Part shown: one piece after another, positions 1 through 16,575 of the stretch
How positions within the stretch are numbered: the first letter of the stretch is position 1
Layout: every line of letters begins with the position of its first letter
From: the human T2T-CHM13v2.0 reference genome, Homo sapiens
Direction of reading: 5' to 3'
Length of the DNA: 64,000 nucleotides
NCBI GenBank assembly: GCA_009914755.4
Contig: CP068257.2
Coordinates: 18,080,001 to 18,144,000, forward strand
The notes under the pieces: model-generated
Database searches by the model: none
What the model saw: the letters and a program-made list of their open reading frames with translations, nothing else
Told to the model about the DNA's origin: nothing
Position numbers and translations under genes: made by a program

Positions 1-1062
1 TTCATTATTATAGCCAATAGTTAAATTTTCCTATAAATACATTTAAAAGTGATTTTTTTAAATATCAGGATTCAATAATTTTTTATCTGACATTTGCAGC
101 ATACATTTCCCAAAATTATTTTATTTGTAATACCTTTCTAATATACTAATTTATTTTGCTTCCTGTTCAATCTTGCTCCAGCAAATTTTGTATCATTTCA
201 TTTCTCCCAATGCCATCAAAAGAGTGTGAAGCAATAAGATACGATGCAAAGTATATTTCTAAGGGATGATTTCTTATCTCCCCAGTATTGTAACTAGAAG
301 GCTAAAAGCTTTTTCTTCCTACTTTTAAAAACAAGACTGCTGGAGTCAGATAACTTTCCATAGAGTCTACTAGTAGCAGACTCTTACTAGTAAGCTCCAT
401 GTCTGCCGTTGATCGCCTTACCCTCAGTGCTTTCTCTCAGGTAGTAGTTTATGTATTGCCCTGTTTTACCTACATGACATTGACAAAATGAATTTGTGAT
501 TATCAAATAAAATTCTTTACTCTTATTTGCACACTACTTATCATTTTATTTTTAAGAATTAATGTCTGTAATATAAAGATACTGAATGTCACAGGGCAAG
601 TTTCTGATCTCCTTGGTGCTTAGAATTCTTAACTGTGTGACTTGCACTTGTACCCAGTAACACTTAAGGATACTTATGCTGAAGACCACGAAAGCTGGCA
701 AGTTAAATGTATTATCTGACTGCAAAGGGTAATTTGAATCTAATAGGTTGGATTCTGTCTTGCATATATATAATTCGCAAGAAGCAAATCTTGTTACTGG
801 TTTTAAGAAAATTCTAACTTTTTTAAACTAGAGAAACCAGAGAACTCCAAAGTTTAATAGTAACTTGAGTAGATTAGAAAATAATTTAAAACTTCAGCAA
901 AATGATAGACATTGCAGATCAATAGCCCTTTTTATTAATGTAAATGGCACATTATTTTTGCCTAGAAAGCATTTTTACAAATATTTTGAAATTTCACATC
1001 ATTTTACTTTTATTTAAGAAAAAGTTCCTGTATTACCCAATATTCTGAAAAAAACAAACACT

Positions 1063-1107
1063 CACACACACACACACACAGGAGATAGGTAGATAGATAT
1101 ATAGATA
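1063..1107. repeat. Compound microsatellite: (CA)n followed by GATA/TAGA-like repeats
   Basis: Direct reading: ctcacacacacacacacacacagg then gataggtagatagatatatagata. Confidence 0.9.
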
Positions 1108-1139
1108 AGGAGGAAATTTATTAGTGGAATTGGCTTGTG

Positions 1140-1500
1140 TGATTACGGAGGGTGAGAACTCCCATGATATGCCATCTGTCTCAAGCTGAAGAACCTGGAA
1201 ACCTGGGGTTTAGCACCTAATCCCGGAGTCCAAAGGCCTGAGAAGCAGGAGCTCTAATGTCTGAGATCACTAACAGGAGAAAAAGGTGGAGGTTCCAGCC
1301 CGAGAGACAGAGAAAGAATTTGCACCTCCTCTCCCTTTTTTCAGAAGGGCCCTCAAAGATTGGATGGTACCAGTCTACGTTGGTGAGGGGGAATCTTCTT
1401 TACTCAGTCTACTGGTTCAAATGCCAATCTCTTCTGGAAAACGCTACATAATGTTTTACCACCTATGTAGGTAACACTTAACTCAGACAAGTTGACACAT
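1140..1500 (+). repeat. Possible ancient LTR (MaLR-like) fragment
   Basis: Motifs recalled from MaLR-type LTRs (...ttcagaagggccctcaaagattggatg...tttactcagtctactggttcaaatgc...gtcaagttgacacataaaattaac). Assignment from memory only. Confidence 0.3.
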
Positions 1501-2470
1501 AAAATTAACTAATGTATTTCCTAAAATTTCATTTACCTAAACTTTGATGACTTAAGAGTATTAAAATTAAAATATCCAGAGACTTACTCCTCAAACATAT
1601 AACTATTTACACTTGCATTAAAATTTCAGGAGTTGATTTATGTGGTCTACCTAACAGGATAAATTAATAATGATGCCAACAGTTTTTATGTATTTTGGCT
1701 TTTCTATGTGCTATGTTATTTATACACAATGAATCTGATCTGTATTTCAACAAAGCTGTCTAAATTCAAAGTGTATGTACTTTTGCTGCTATACATTCCC
1801 ATATCATGATGTTTTCTATTTAAAAAATAACAAAACTATGAACTTGGTAGGAAAGTTTTGGTAAAATTTGTCAAGTACTTAGTTTCCAATGTTGTCTAAC
1901 ACAAATTCTAAAAAATCACTTAGGCCATTATGAAGAAAATTTTAATTTAAAGGTAATTAAATATAAAAGATAGCTTGAAATTGTAATCATGTTTAAAACA
2001 TTTAATTGGTTACAATATATTTTTGAAAGTGCTTAATTTTGAAGAATATGAAGTGTACATTTTACTTTTTATTTTCATTTTTTATAGCACACTGAAAAGA
2101 AAATTTTACATACATTCTAGTGTACACATTTTCTTTCAGATTTGATAGCTTTTGATCATTGTAATACGGACATTTCTGATAATTTGTAATATGGACAACC
2201 GAACCAGGAAATCCGGTGTTTTACAAGTTGAGAAAGTAGAAGCCACCTACCTATTACATTTTCCCTTCTTTTCATTTTGTAGTAAAATAAAATTTTACTC
2301 TGCTATTTGTTTTGGGGATAATGTGCCAAATGGCACCACATGCATAAGAAGTCAATGAAATAAAAATATACTTAGAAGCATGCCTATGTAAAAGCTATGT
2401 ATCTATGGCAACTAGCCTTATGAAATGTCTCAAGTAGTAAGACTTAAATGTCAAAATAACTTCTTATCCA

Positions 2471-2775
2471 GGCGTGGTGGCTCACGCCTGTAATTCCAGC
2501 ACTTTGGGAGGCTGAGGCAGGTGGATCATTTGAGGTCAGGGAGTTCAAGACAAGCCTGGCCAACATGGTGAAACGCTGTCTCTAATAAAAATACAAAAAT
2601 TAGCTGGGTAGCAGTGTCGTGCACCTGTAATCCCAGCTACTCAGGAGGCTGAGGCAGGACAATCACATGAGGCTGGGAGTTGGAGGTTGTGGTGAGCCGA
2701 GATTGCACCACTGCACACCAGTCTGGGCAACAGAGTGAGAACCTGTCTCAAAAAACAAAAGAAAAAACAAAAAAC
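2471..2775 (+). mobile_element. Alu SINE, full length, with A-rich tail and 12-13 bp TSD
   Basis: ggcgtggtggctcacgcctgtaatcccagcactttgggaggc...gagccgagattgcaccactgca...aaaaacaaaag. Flanking direct repeats acttcttatcca (2459-2470) and acttcttgatcca (2777-2789). Confidence 0.95.
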
Positions 2776-2929
2776 TACTTCTTGATCCATGGGCTGCAGA
2801 ATAGATGTGAGAGCAGGCATGAAAACAATATGAATCTCCTTGTATATCTCTGTCAGAGCTCTTGGGGACTAGGTGTATTGTCAATCAGCAGCAATATTTT
2901 GAAAATAATCTTTTTTTCTGAGCAGTAGT

Positions 2930-4140
2930 TCTCAACAGTGGTCTTAAACTATTCGGTCAACCATGCACTAAACAGATGTGCTGTTATCCAGGCTTTGTTT
3001 CATTTACAAAGCACAGGCAGCGCAGATTTAGCATCAATCTTCAGAGCACCAGAATTTTTGAAATGGTAAATGAGCGTTGACTTAGTTTTCAGCTAAATTA
3101 GTCCCTTCCAAGAAAGTAAACTCATCATTTGAAGCTTTGAAGCCAGGCATGGACTTCTCTCCTCTTGCTATGAAAGTCCAAAATGACATCTTCCAATAGA
3201 AGGCTGTTTTGTTTACAGTAAAAGCCTGTTATTTAGTGTAGCCACCTTCATAATTATTTCCTTTAGATCTTCTGGATAACTTACTGCAGCTTGTCTATCA
3301 GCACTTACTGCTTTACCTTTCACTTTTATGTTTTAGAGACAGCTTCTTTCCTTAAACTTCATGAATAAACCTCTGCTAGCTTCAAACTCTTCTGCAGCTT
3401 CTTCATCTCACCTAGGCTTTTAGAATTAAAGAGTGTTAGGGCCTTGCTCTGGATTAGGCTTTGGCTTAAGTAAGTGTTGTGGTTGGTTTGATTTATCCAG
3501 ATACCAAAGCAGGCTGTGTGCTTTCTTATCATTCATGTGTTCACTGAAGTAGCAATTTTAATTTATTTCAATAACTTTTCCCTTGCATTCACAACTCAGC
3601 TAATTGTTTGGCACAAGAGGCCTCACTTTCAGCCTATCTTGGTGTTCAACATGACTTCCTCAGTAAGCTTGTTCATTTCTAGCTTTTGATTTAAAGTGAG
3701 AGATGTGTGACTCTTTCTTTCACTTAAACACTTAGACATCATTGCAGGGTTACTAATTGGCCTAATTTCAATATTGTGTTTCAAGGAATAGGGAAGCCTG
3801 AGGGCTAGGAGAAAGAAAGGGGGAATGGTTATTCAGTGGAGCAGTCAGCATATATACATTTATCAATTAAGTTCACTGGCTTATATGGGCATGGTTTGTG
3901 GTGCCCTAAAAAGGTTACATAAAATCAATGATCACAGATTACAGATCGCCATAACATATAGTAATAATAATAATAATAATAATACAAGTTTGAAATACTG
4001 CGAGTTTTTCCACCATGTAACACAGAGTCATGAAGTTAGTACATGCAGTTGGCATGATGGCATCCATAGACTTCCTTGACAGGATTCCTGCAAACTTTCA
4101 ATTAGTAAAAACTGCAATATCTGTAAAGCGAAATTGCCTG
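2930..4140 (+). mobile_element. Tigger-type (TcMar/pogo) DNA transposon, 3' portion ending in terminal repeat ...aaattgcctg
   Basis: The 3' ~250 bp match my memory of the Tigger1 3' end (ttatcaattaagttcactggcttatatgggcatggtttgtggtgccc...gatcacagattacagatcgccataaca...gtttgaaatactgcgag...acacagagtcatgaagt...cttccttgacaggattcctgcaaactttcaattagtaaaaactgcaatatctgtaaagcg...cctg). The internal (TAA)n at 3960-3985 is a secondary microsatellite. The upstream boundary is uncertain. Confidence 0.55.
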
Positions 4141-4473
4141 TATTAAAGAAACTGCCTTCATCAGAACTTAGAAAAATGAAATATAGACCTACATTTTGTT
4201 TTACTTATTTCTGTTTAATATTTAATTCCAATACTGTAACCATAAAGCAATATTATTGCTAACGTGCTTCTAACTGTAATTGCATTTTAGTGAAAGATGA
4301 ATGTTTTTGTGGTTGTTTTTGTAATTACTATCATTCTTTGGTAGTTTCTATTTGTTTTTGCTCTTTAGTTACATTTTCAAGTTTTTTTAAGTTTTTTTTT
4401 TAATTAGTGAGGTAAGCTTAGTACAATTTAAACCTCTCATACAGACTTTAATAATTAAAAAAAACAAAATTAT

Positions 4474-4790
4474 GACCAAGCACGGTGGCTCATTCCTGTA
4501 ATCCCAGCAATTTGAGAGGCCAGTGTGGGAAGATTGCTTGAGTCCATGCATTTGAGACCAGCCTGGTCACTACAGTGCAACCCTGTCTCTATAAAAAATT
4601 AAAATATTAGGCGGGCATGGTGGTGCATGGCTGTAGTCCCAGCTATAGTCCCAGCTATTCAGGAGGCTGAGGCAGGATGATTGCTTAAGCCAAGGACTTC
4701 AAGGGTGTAGTAATCTATCATCACACCACTGCACTCCAGGCTGGCAAGAGAGCAGGACTCTGTCTTGGAAAACAAAAACAAAACACCAAA
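4474..4790 (+). mobile_element. Alu SINE
   Basis: gaccaagcacggtggctcattcctgtaatcccagcaatttgagaggcc...ggcgggcatggtggtgcatggctgtagtcccagctat...cactgcactccaggctggcaagagagcaggactctgtcttggaaaacaaaaac. Confidence 0.9.
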
Positions 4791-7264
4791 ATCATCTTTC
4801 TATTTACATAGAAATGCCCTTCATAATTTATTGTCTTTTATCATTTGCCAAGGAATAGGGTCATAAGGAGGTCCTACTGTTTCTAAAAAGCCTACTTTGT
4901 TATTTAGAGACCTTTAACTCCTAGGAAGTTGTTTTATGGTATAATAACATTGCTTCCTCACATTCACAGAAACCTCTGCTTCTATTATATTCCCAGAAGA
5001 AAGTTCTGCCAAATGAAATTTCCTCACGTGAGTACGTGTTTCCTACGAAGTTTCACCCACTAACAGAATAAATGCTTTTCCATTTTATAATATCTACGTT
5101 CCATCCATGACTTCATTTCATCATGAATAATTATTTTGTTTCAGATATTGCCTTTGTTTCAACTGGCTTGAAACCTTGACATTATGCTGACTTATGATTC
5201 ACTATCAATTTAATTCCTCCAGGATCCCAATCAGTGGTCTTGTCAGCCTAGATTCTTTCTTGTTTCTAGTCTTCTGGTAATCTACATACACCACAAACTA
5301 CCTTATATATATAAAGTATATATTTGATTCAAAGTCTGAAACTATACAGGAAGCAGAATATCTAATGCAAATTAAAATATTGCAAAGCATAGAAAAGAAT
5401 GAATACTTAACTGATTATGTTATAAATCATGTATGACTTATTTCCCAAAATTACTTTGGAGCACAAAAACTTTGCAAACCAATCATTAATAAATATTAAC
5501 ACATAAGTTTAAATATATTACAAACCTGAAGCTAGCAGAGTTTTACAGTATTTTCTATGACATATTATTAATTATAATTGGAATACATGAATTTATAAAA
5601 AGTAACCTACTAATACAGTCAACCAGAATAATAAGCTAAATGAAGATCATATTGTGAATATCTTAAATTTATAAAATGTAACTAAATATGTTTATGATAG
5701 AAAAATTTTATATAAAATTACAAACACATTCTGTAAAATATCTATTTTATATAATACTAAGATAGTTCACAATGAAATGTCAAGATAAAAGTCAATCCAT
5801 AAGCAAGTCTCCTATCACTGAATAGTATTCTTGAAATTTAAGCCAGTGGAAATAGACAAGCAATTACACATATTTGAATGAACATTTCAAGATTCTGTTT
5901 GTGTAAATCCTAACTACTTACAAAATACAAAGGATGCAAATGTAAGCAATTAATTCTAGAAACTGTGTTCAGTGAGGTTATCAGACCTAAGTTACACACA
6001 TAGTATGTTTTAGACATTTACAGAAAAGCCTGTCCTGTAATTACTTACTGTAAAATATGTAGTAGCCATTTGAAGAATACAACAAAAATAGAAAAAATAG
6101 GAAGATATAATATTACTAAGTGCATGATATTTCCCAAACCTATCTACATAATTTAGAAAATTTCAACCAAAATATAGACATGATTTGATTTGTAGTAACC
6201 TAATAGAATTATCAGAATTAACAATAATCTGAAATAGCACCAATAGCTAAAAACAATTCAAAAATAAAAACATTGAGAGAGATCAAGCGTGATCAAACAT
6301 AAAATGCACTATAAATCTATAAAAAATTTACATAGTGCGGTTTAGAAATATGTAGTCAATGAAAGTATCAAAATCGAGTTCAGAATTACAACTATGCCTG
6401 CCACAATAAATAATTGGCAGTCATTTTGTTACTCAATTCATTGCTAACAACTATAAATCCACAAATATTTCCAGGTGATATCTAGATGACCACTGAAATG
6501 TCCACTGACCCTCGGGGGTGTCCAATACCAATAATTATTTATACAAGAAATTTCCTTTAAAAAATGATTCAAGCCAAGTTACACATATCATTTTGGAAGC
6601 AACAGATAAAAGTAGAATCTCATCAGAAAAGTGTTTACTAGTCAGACAGAACAAAATGTTTTCATCAACACCAGTCTATGCCAGTCAGTTATTTTCACCA
6701 AGTTGTATTAACAGGAAAAGGAATGATCAGAAAACTTGCAAAAGTTACAGAGGATTTTAGGACCTCTCATTAGACTGTAAAGTATAATTTTCATTTTTCA
6801 ATATTATATAGTGATTTGTATTCTGACAATTTATAGTTGCTGTAACAGAAATTACTCTACTTCATAGGGAGAAGCATACAAAAATGAATGGCTGTGCTGC
6901 CAGGGGAGTGGTATTTGGAAGATAAGATAGGCATTAACTAGACACTAATACCACTAATTAAAGCAAGAGCTGGAATGTGCTGGTGCTGCTGCTTATGAAA
7001 AATAACCCTGCACCTGTGTCAGACACTGTTGGGCTGAATACTGTTATTTTACCATAGCTCCTCTTCCACTTGCCTTTGTGTTAATTTTAATAATCATAGA
7101 TTTTTAAGTTCATAAAAGGAATGATGTTTATTGTTTGTTTTTCTCAGATACAAATTCCACTCAGTGGTGTCTTCACACTTAGATCTGCATTCCCTGTTTA
7201 AAGTTAAAATTGAGAGTACTTTCTTTGTGGAGAATTCTCATATGTAAAATTAGAATATAAAATT

Positions 7265-7330
7265 AGTAGTGGTAAGATGAAGGAAATAGTAGCGGTAAGA
7301 TGAAGGAAATAGCGGTAAGATGAAGGAAAT
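7265..7330. repeat. Minisatellite, about 3 copies of a 23-bp unit agtagYggtaagatgaaggaaat
   Basis: Direct reading: agtagtggtaagatgaaggaaat / agtagcggtaagatgaaggaaat / agcggtaagatgaaggaaat. Confidence 0.9.
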
Positions 7331-8496
7331 TATTAAGTGAAAAGTTGAGAATGTTTTGGTGCAATAAGCCGAAAATAGTCAACAAGAACAATATTTCAAA
7401 TTTATAAAGAGAGAAAAAGCATGTCATGACCATGTTTGCTGTTATAAAATTGCATTGACATGTTTGCAAATATTTGCAAAAATATCCTAAAATAAAGAAT
7501 AATTAAAATCATCCTTTAGTTGATTGTTCTCATTTTTGTTGTCTGCATTCTACTGTCTTGCCAAAACAACAGTTTTAAGTCAAAATATTTTATTGCTTAA
7601 GATATTCTCCTAAAAAATCAGTTTATTTTGTTTGTATAGATCAGCAATTTTTTGCATTTCTATTATTTAAAGTAAGGTTTTCTAATTATTAGATTTCTTT
7701 TTTTTCTTTTAGAATATAAGCTATTTTGTTTCAGGTGTTTAAGAAAATTAGAAATACATTTTATATAGAATTTTTCTGTATGGAATATTACTCTCCAGAA
7801 AGTAAAAATCTTATGTAGTGATCTAGTTTGTCCTCACCCAAATCTTAAAAAAAATTAGATGACCTGTTTTATATTCTCACCGTATTCTCTCTCCAGTCCT
7901 CTCTTATTCTTATGGTATTAATATTCCAGGTATACCTCTCTATTTTGTTCTGTGAATGTTGGTCTTCATCTTGGATTTTTTGTATGATGATGATATTAGT
8001 TCTCTTATGTTTCTGCTGCTTTTTTTTTCCTTTTCAGTGTCATAGCTGTTTGCTTTAACACTTTTGAGTGTGTTAATATGGTTCCTTAACTACTATATAG
8101 TTCTTTGTCTCTAAATTTGTTGTAAATCTGAAGTCAATCCATTACACTGTATGCAGTAATTGTGTAAATATTATTCATTGTAGGATCAGATTATTGACCT
8201 TTTTGTTAAATAGCATGAATGCTGGGACTCTGGGAGAATGTTCACAACCTAAATGTTGTCTTGAACTTTTATTTCTTTTTTTAGCATGTTATTTACTGAA
8301 AACCATACCCCATTTGGTATTTCATTACAAGTTATATGTATCATTTGGATTTTCTTTGTGTTTATCATTTGAGACTCCAGAATCATGTAATTAGTGGGAG
8401 TCAAATTATTTGATATAATACTCACTGGACCCTTTCCTTGTAAAGTTATTTGTAAAATATGTTTGGAAATTTTATTTGGTTGATGGTCTCTGTTCA

Positions 8497-8794
8497 TTTT
8501 ATTTATTTATTTTGAGACAGAGTTGTGCTCTGTCACCCAGGCTGGAGTGCAGTGGTGTGATCACCACTCACTGCAGCCTCGTTCCCTGGGCTCAAGCGAT
8601 CCTTCCGCCTCACCCTCCTGAGTATCTGTGACTACATGCATGCATCACCAAACCCAGATATATTTTTGATTTTTTGTAGCAACAAGGTCTCACTCTGTTG
8701 CCCAGGCTGGTCTCAAACTTCTGAGCTCAAGCAATCCTCCTGACTCTGCCTCCCAAAATTCTGCCATTACAGGAATGAACCACTGTGCTCAGCC
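8497..8794 (-). mobile_element. Alu SINE (older, diverged; minus orientation)
   Basis: T-rich start ttttatttatttattttgagacagagttgtgctctgtcacccaggctggagtgcagtggtg ... ctcccaaaattctgccattacaggaatgaaccactgtgctcagcc (reverse complement of Alu 5' end). Confidence 0.9.
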
Positions 8795-9807
8795 TCTTCT
8801 AATTTTAGAAAAAACGTCATTTAACATAGTTTTGAATCCTTTTGAATCTTTGGTTTTCTTTTCAGTGATAATTTTTGTTTCCATTAACTTGTTACCATTG
8901 TCTATTTTTCTGAAGTATCCTGTTTATAACCATCTTTGTCTATATTACTCTATTTCTTATATTACTGTGTTTCTATAAAGAGATTATTTTAAAGTGTTTC
9001 CATCTATTATTTAAAATATATTTATCCCGAGTCTGTAATAAAGTTTCTTTCTTTCTTTTTTCTCTTCTCTTTCTTTTTTTTTAATGGCTGCTTATCTGGC
9101 TAGCTACCTTCACTTTGTATGTTGCTGGTTGTCTGCCTGATTATCCATTCCAATTTAAAAGTAAAACACTGGACTGTTTATTTTAAATCATTGAGATATG
9201 TTTATCCTCCATTAGCCCATGTATGTCTGTTTCCTTATGGATCTTTTTAAAACAACAACAACCAACTAAATGGGCCATTTCCTCAAATGGTGCTGCAATT
9301 TAACTGAAGAGCTTCGTCTTAAGAGTGGTCACTAGAGAACTGATGTCACCTACCCACGTCCATACACATGGTATTTCACGGATGAAAGTTTTCCCTGGAT
9401 GACCGGCAGGCACTGTAAAAATGTTTGCTGTCCCCTGAACTTCGTACAATTTCTTTAGAGAATGATCGTATTTTTAAAAATTTCCCTGGAGTTAAATTCC
9501 TCCCTTGGTGTTACATCTTTACATTTAAATCCTGTACAACTACCCTATCTGCCAAATCTCTGCACGATATCTCTCTGGCATTTCACTGGGAAACTAACAT
9601 CATATTATCTTTTAGTGTTATCTAATCTGCAGCTGAAACTATATTGCTTATATTTAAATAATATTTATCAATAATCCATATTCCTGAACACTGTTAAACT
9701 CATTTATTCAATGTTGAAGATTATTCTCTCCCCCACTGTTAGAAGTTTTGCTCTCACGTAATTTTTGCTTTAATAGTTCTGCGTTGTCATTTCAGTAGTT
9801 GGGGTAA

Positions 9808-10067
<260 letters not shown>

Positions 10068-12137
10068 TTATTTAATATTTGAGTTGTCTTACATGTCACT
10101 GTGTCAAATATATGTTAATTTTCCTGTAAACAGTATGATCTATTTCTATAACTGTGGAAGTCAAACTCTATTAATATATCAATATTCTACTAAACAATGT
10201 GTGCTTGTTAGGAAACTGTAATATATGGCACTATGTTGGTTTTTTGTGAAGATTAAATAAGTTAATGTTTTCTCAATAAACATTAGTTCTAAACATTAGT
10301 AACTAATGCTGTTTTATTAATATTTGATCAGAATTCAATACCCGATTATATCTAATTATCTTTGTATTCTGACTTTTTGGGGTTAAAGAATATTCACATT
10401 TCTGGAAATCTAATCCAAGAACATATACTCAAGTCTTTGATAATACATGGTGATATCTCTTATATAAATGAAGACATGTCCTCCTAAAACAATCTATTTA
10501 AGCTAGTGTTTGTGTATGTTATGACCTAAAAGTGCAGTCTTTCTGCAAAGTCACTGACAGTTTATGTGTAATAACTTAGACACTATACCTACTTATACTT
10601 AGCCTAATAAATGTTTTTATTATTCTTTGTTTTTATAATACATTTATTTAATATTTAAAATGGTTGTTTTCACTGTTAAATATATATTTATATGTATTTT
10701 TGTTCTTTTCTTTTGATCCAATTTGTCGATTTATTGTGACTTCTGGTTAAGTGATTCCTAGGTTTTATTTGTAATGTATGATCACACTTTTGAAATATAG
10801 CATAGTAAAACTTTTAACTTTTAATACTTTTTTCAGACTTTTATATTTTTCTATCTTATGCCAATATTATCACTGAAAAAGAGCTACTTTCCTCACTATT
10901 TACCATTGCAAAGGATGATGACTATGTTTGAATTGAATCCAGTAATTCTAATATATACTAAACACATAGAAAAGTAATTTTATTTTGAGCATTTTTAAAA
11001 ACACAATTCACTTTTACTTATTTCTCTTTCTCATTCAGTAATTGATTTATTATATAATTTTTGGAAATATGTTAGTTCTTTTAAAATATAATTTATCACC
11101 AACTTCATATGTTGGACCAAAGTGCGTATAAAGTCAATAGCTAGTTATGTAAATGAAACCTTCCAATGAATTAAATAAACAATATTCTACATCTTATATA
11201 TTCTTAAGCTTATTGTTACATTTATATTCAGTGTAATTTCAGAGTGATGTATAGGGAAATCAGAAGGTCAGTATTTTTCTTTATAAAACACGGTGCCAGG
11301 AATTTTTATTTTTCTAGGTTAGGTAACCTTGGATACAACATATTATTATCTTTCAGCAAGACATGCACATTTTCACAGTGCAAAGTTCTATTTTTAAAAG
11401 TGTACGTATTTCGTTGCAAACATTTCATTACAATTTACTTTTTATAACAACAATGTCAACTTTGACACTTTTGAAATAACTATCTTAAATACAGATCTGA
11501 ACTTTTACTTCAGTCAATGCTATAGTTATCACCAGATTTCATATAGTAAACAGTAACTGAAGCCTGGTGCTATTCAAATTTCTCCTTAAATTAAAAAATA
11601 CCAAAAACCTTTTTCTTTGTCAGTCAATTTTTTTCAGCTTTCTTGGCTTCTTTATCTGTTGTATCAAGTTGCAGAATATATAGTTTATGAAGGAAATGAA
11701 AAAAATCAACTATTTCTGCTGATGTTATCACTCACACACTTGAACTGACATATACTGAAAGAATGACAAGCTGAAGAATATAATCAGTGTGGCAACATCA
11801 CTTTTATTGGCTCATAACATCTATCTTCAAACTGTAACAAACAGTTTGGTTACCCAGCTTTCTAGTTGGCACCTCTGAAAGGTCATAAGGACATGTTTAC
11901 CTAGTGTTACAAAAACACATTTCACACCCCTGGTATCGTTCTGCTGGTAAAAAGAATTTGACATTTGTATTTCCTGTTACTTAAGGGCTTCAACATTTTC
12001 TACGATATGAAATCTTGGAGGCATCTTAGAGGATACCTAAATAATGTACAATATTTACACATTTATTTTTACTTCATCCTTGGCATTTTAGAATCAAAAT
12101 AGTTGTGCAAGGTTATCTCTTCTCTCTCTCTCCCTTT

Positions 12138-12471
<334 letters not shown>

Positions 12472-12535
12472 TAATGATCACTCTGTGTCTGAAGATTCAG
12501 AATACATCTCAGCTCTTAGAATGTTGGTATAGTAT

Positions 12536-12592
12536 ATATATATATGTGTATATGTCTATATATATATATATATATAATGCATATATATCTAT
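12536..12592. repeat. (TA)n/(TG) compound microsatellite
   Basis: atatatatatatgtgtatatgtctatatatatatatatatataatgcatatatatc. Confidence 0.9.
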
Positions 12593-12935
12593 TATAACCC
12601 CTCCTCTCTAAATTTTTTCTCTCTTTGGGAATTCTATTTATATATCTTATCCTTTGGAGTGCTTTCCTATGTTTCTTTTCCATCATATTGTCTGTTGTTT
12701 TTGTCCCCCTTCTGCATCCAGAAACATTTCAGGATTTTTATATACTGATTGCTCTAAAGAATTTCTATTTTTATCAGTCATCTATCTAAGAGTCTTTTTT
12801 TTTTAAATTTAACTCCTTGGAATGTCATCTTTTTTATTTGAAAGTAACTTCTCCATATTCTTTAATAATCTTTTTTTCCTTGACAATGTTTATTATTTTT
12901 TGTTTGTTTTCTTTATATATATATACATATATATA

Positions 12936-15437
<2,502 letters not shown>

Positions 15438-15974
15438 ATGTTGATTTATTTTTGCTGTCCTGGATTGTGTCCATATGTCCTCTTTGCTGATGTATTTATT
15501 AAACCAGATGTATGAAGGCTCCCCCTTGTTGCTGTCATAAGTTTCTGCTTCCATTTTCATTTGTGTCCTCTCACTCCTCTTCTTCACCTCCTTTCCAGAA
15601 TTTTACGTCACCTCTTTTTTTTTTGTCTCACCCTCTCCTGAATTCTGTATTTTATTTTTCTTTGATCTATTTTTTTTCACTTCTACACAGTGTTAGTTTC
15701 TCAACAAGGATAAGTGAATCACATGTGAGTCTAGAATGCCATCTTAATCTAAATGCCTACTTTTTACATAGAAAACACATACAGGTAATACAATCTTCAT
15801 CTAGCTGTTCAATTGAAGGTAACCTAACTTATGAGAAATGAATATTCAATTACATTAATATTAATTTTGTATGGTTTATATCAGCATATCTGTATGGTTA
15901 TTTCATTTATACAGTAAAAAAAATTACATCTGTTAAAGGATCATAAGGATGGTAGACTATAAGCTTGTGAACCC

Positions 15975-16420
15975 TGGAAGTTTGAGACAGGTCTCAGTTC
16001 ATTTGGAAAGTTTATTTTGCCAACTTTGAGGACACACCCATGACACAGACTCAGGAAGTCTTGACAACATGTGCCCAAGGTGGTCAGGGCACAGCTTGCT
16101 TTTATACATTTAGGGAGACATGAGACATCAATCAAAATATGCAAGATGTATACTAGTTCGGTCTGGAAAGGCGCGACAACTTGAAGTAAAGCCAGGAGGA
16201 CTAGAAGCAGGGATGGAGCTTCCAGGCAACAGATAGATGATACGCAAAAGGTTACATTCTTTTGGGTTTCTGATTAGCCTTTCTAAGGGAGGCAAATCAG
16301 ATACGCATCTATCTCAGTGAGCAGAGGAGTGACTTTGAATAGAATGGGAGGCAGGTTCACATGAAGCAGTTCCTGCCTTGAGTTTTCCTTAGTGATTTTG
16401 AGGGCCCAAGATATTTTCCT
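15975..16420 (+). repeat. ERV-class LTR-like interspersed repeat fragment (family not assigned)
   Basis: Motif block tgagacaggtctcagttcatttggaaagtttattttgccaa...cccaaggtggtcagggcacagcttgcttttatacatttagggagacatgagacatcaatca...tttctaagggaggcaaatcagatacgcatctatctcagtgagcagagg. I recognise this as a high-copy human repeat but cannot name the subfamily. Confidence 0.4.
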
Positions 16421-16538
16421 TTCACAAGCTGTAAATATAAGATCAAGTTTAAAAGTAATTAGTAAAATCATATAGATGATTAATAAATAATAAGTACATT
16501 TATTATTTAATATCAGGTATCAGTTATGCACCATTAAA

Positions 16539-16575
16539 GGGCGGTATAGCTCATGGGTAGAGCATGTGACTGCAG
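16539..16575 (+). pseudogene. tRNA-like 5'-half fragment (closest to tRNA-Cys-GCA: acceptor/D-arm/anticodon stem, ending in the anticodon loop). Not a functional tRNA.
   Basis: gggcggtatagctcatgggtagagcatgtgactgcag compared with the human tRNA-Cys-GCA 5' half GGGGGTATAGCTCAGTGGTAGAGCATTTGACTGCAG (recalled from memory). There is no T-arm or acceptor 3' strand. The fragment is flanked by identical 18-bp copies of cagttatgcaccattaaa (16521-16538 and 16573-16590). Confidence 0.6.

Noticed and set aside
16539-16575. tRNA-like segment as a functional tRNA gene
   Set aside because: Only the 5' half (through the anticodon loop) is present. There is no T-arm, no acceptor 3' strand and no downstream T-run terminator. 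It is reported as a fragment or pseudogene only.
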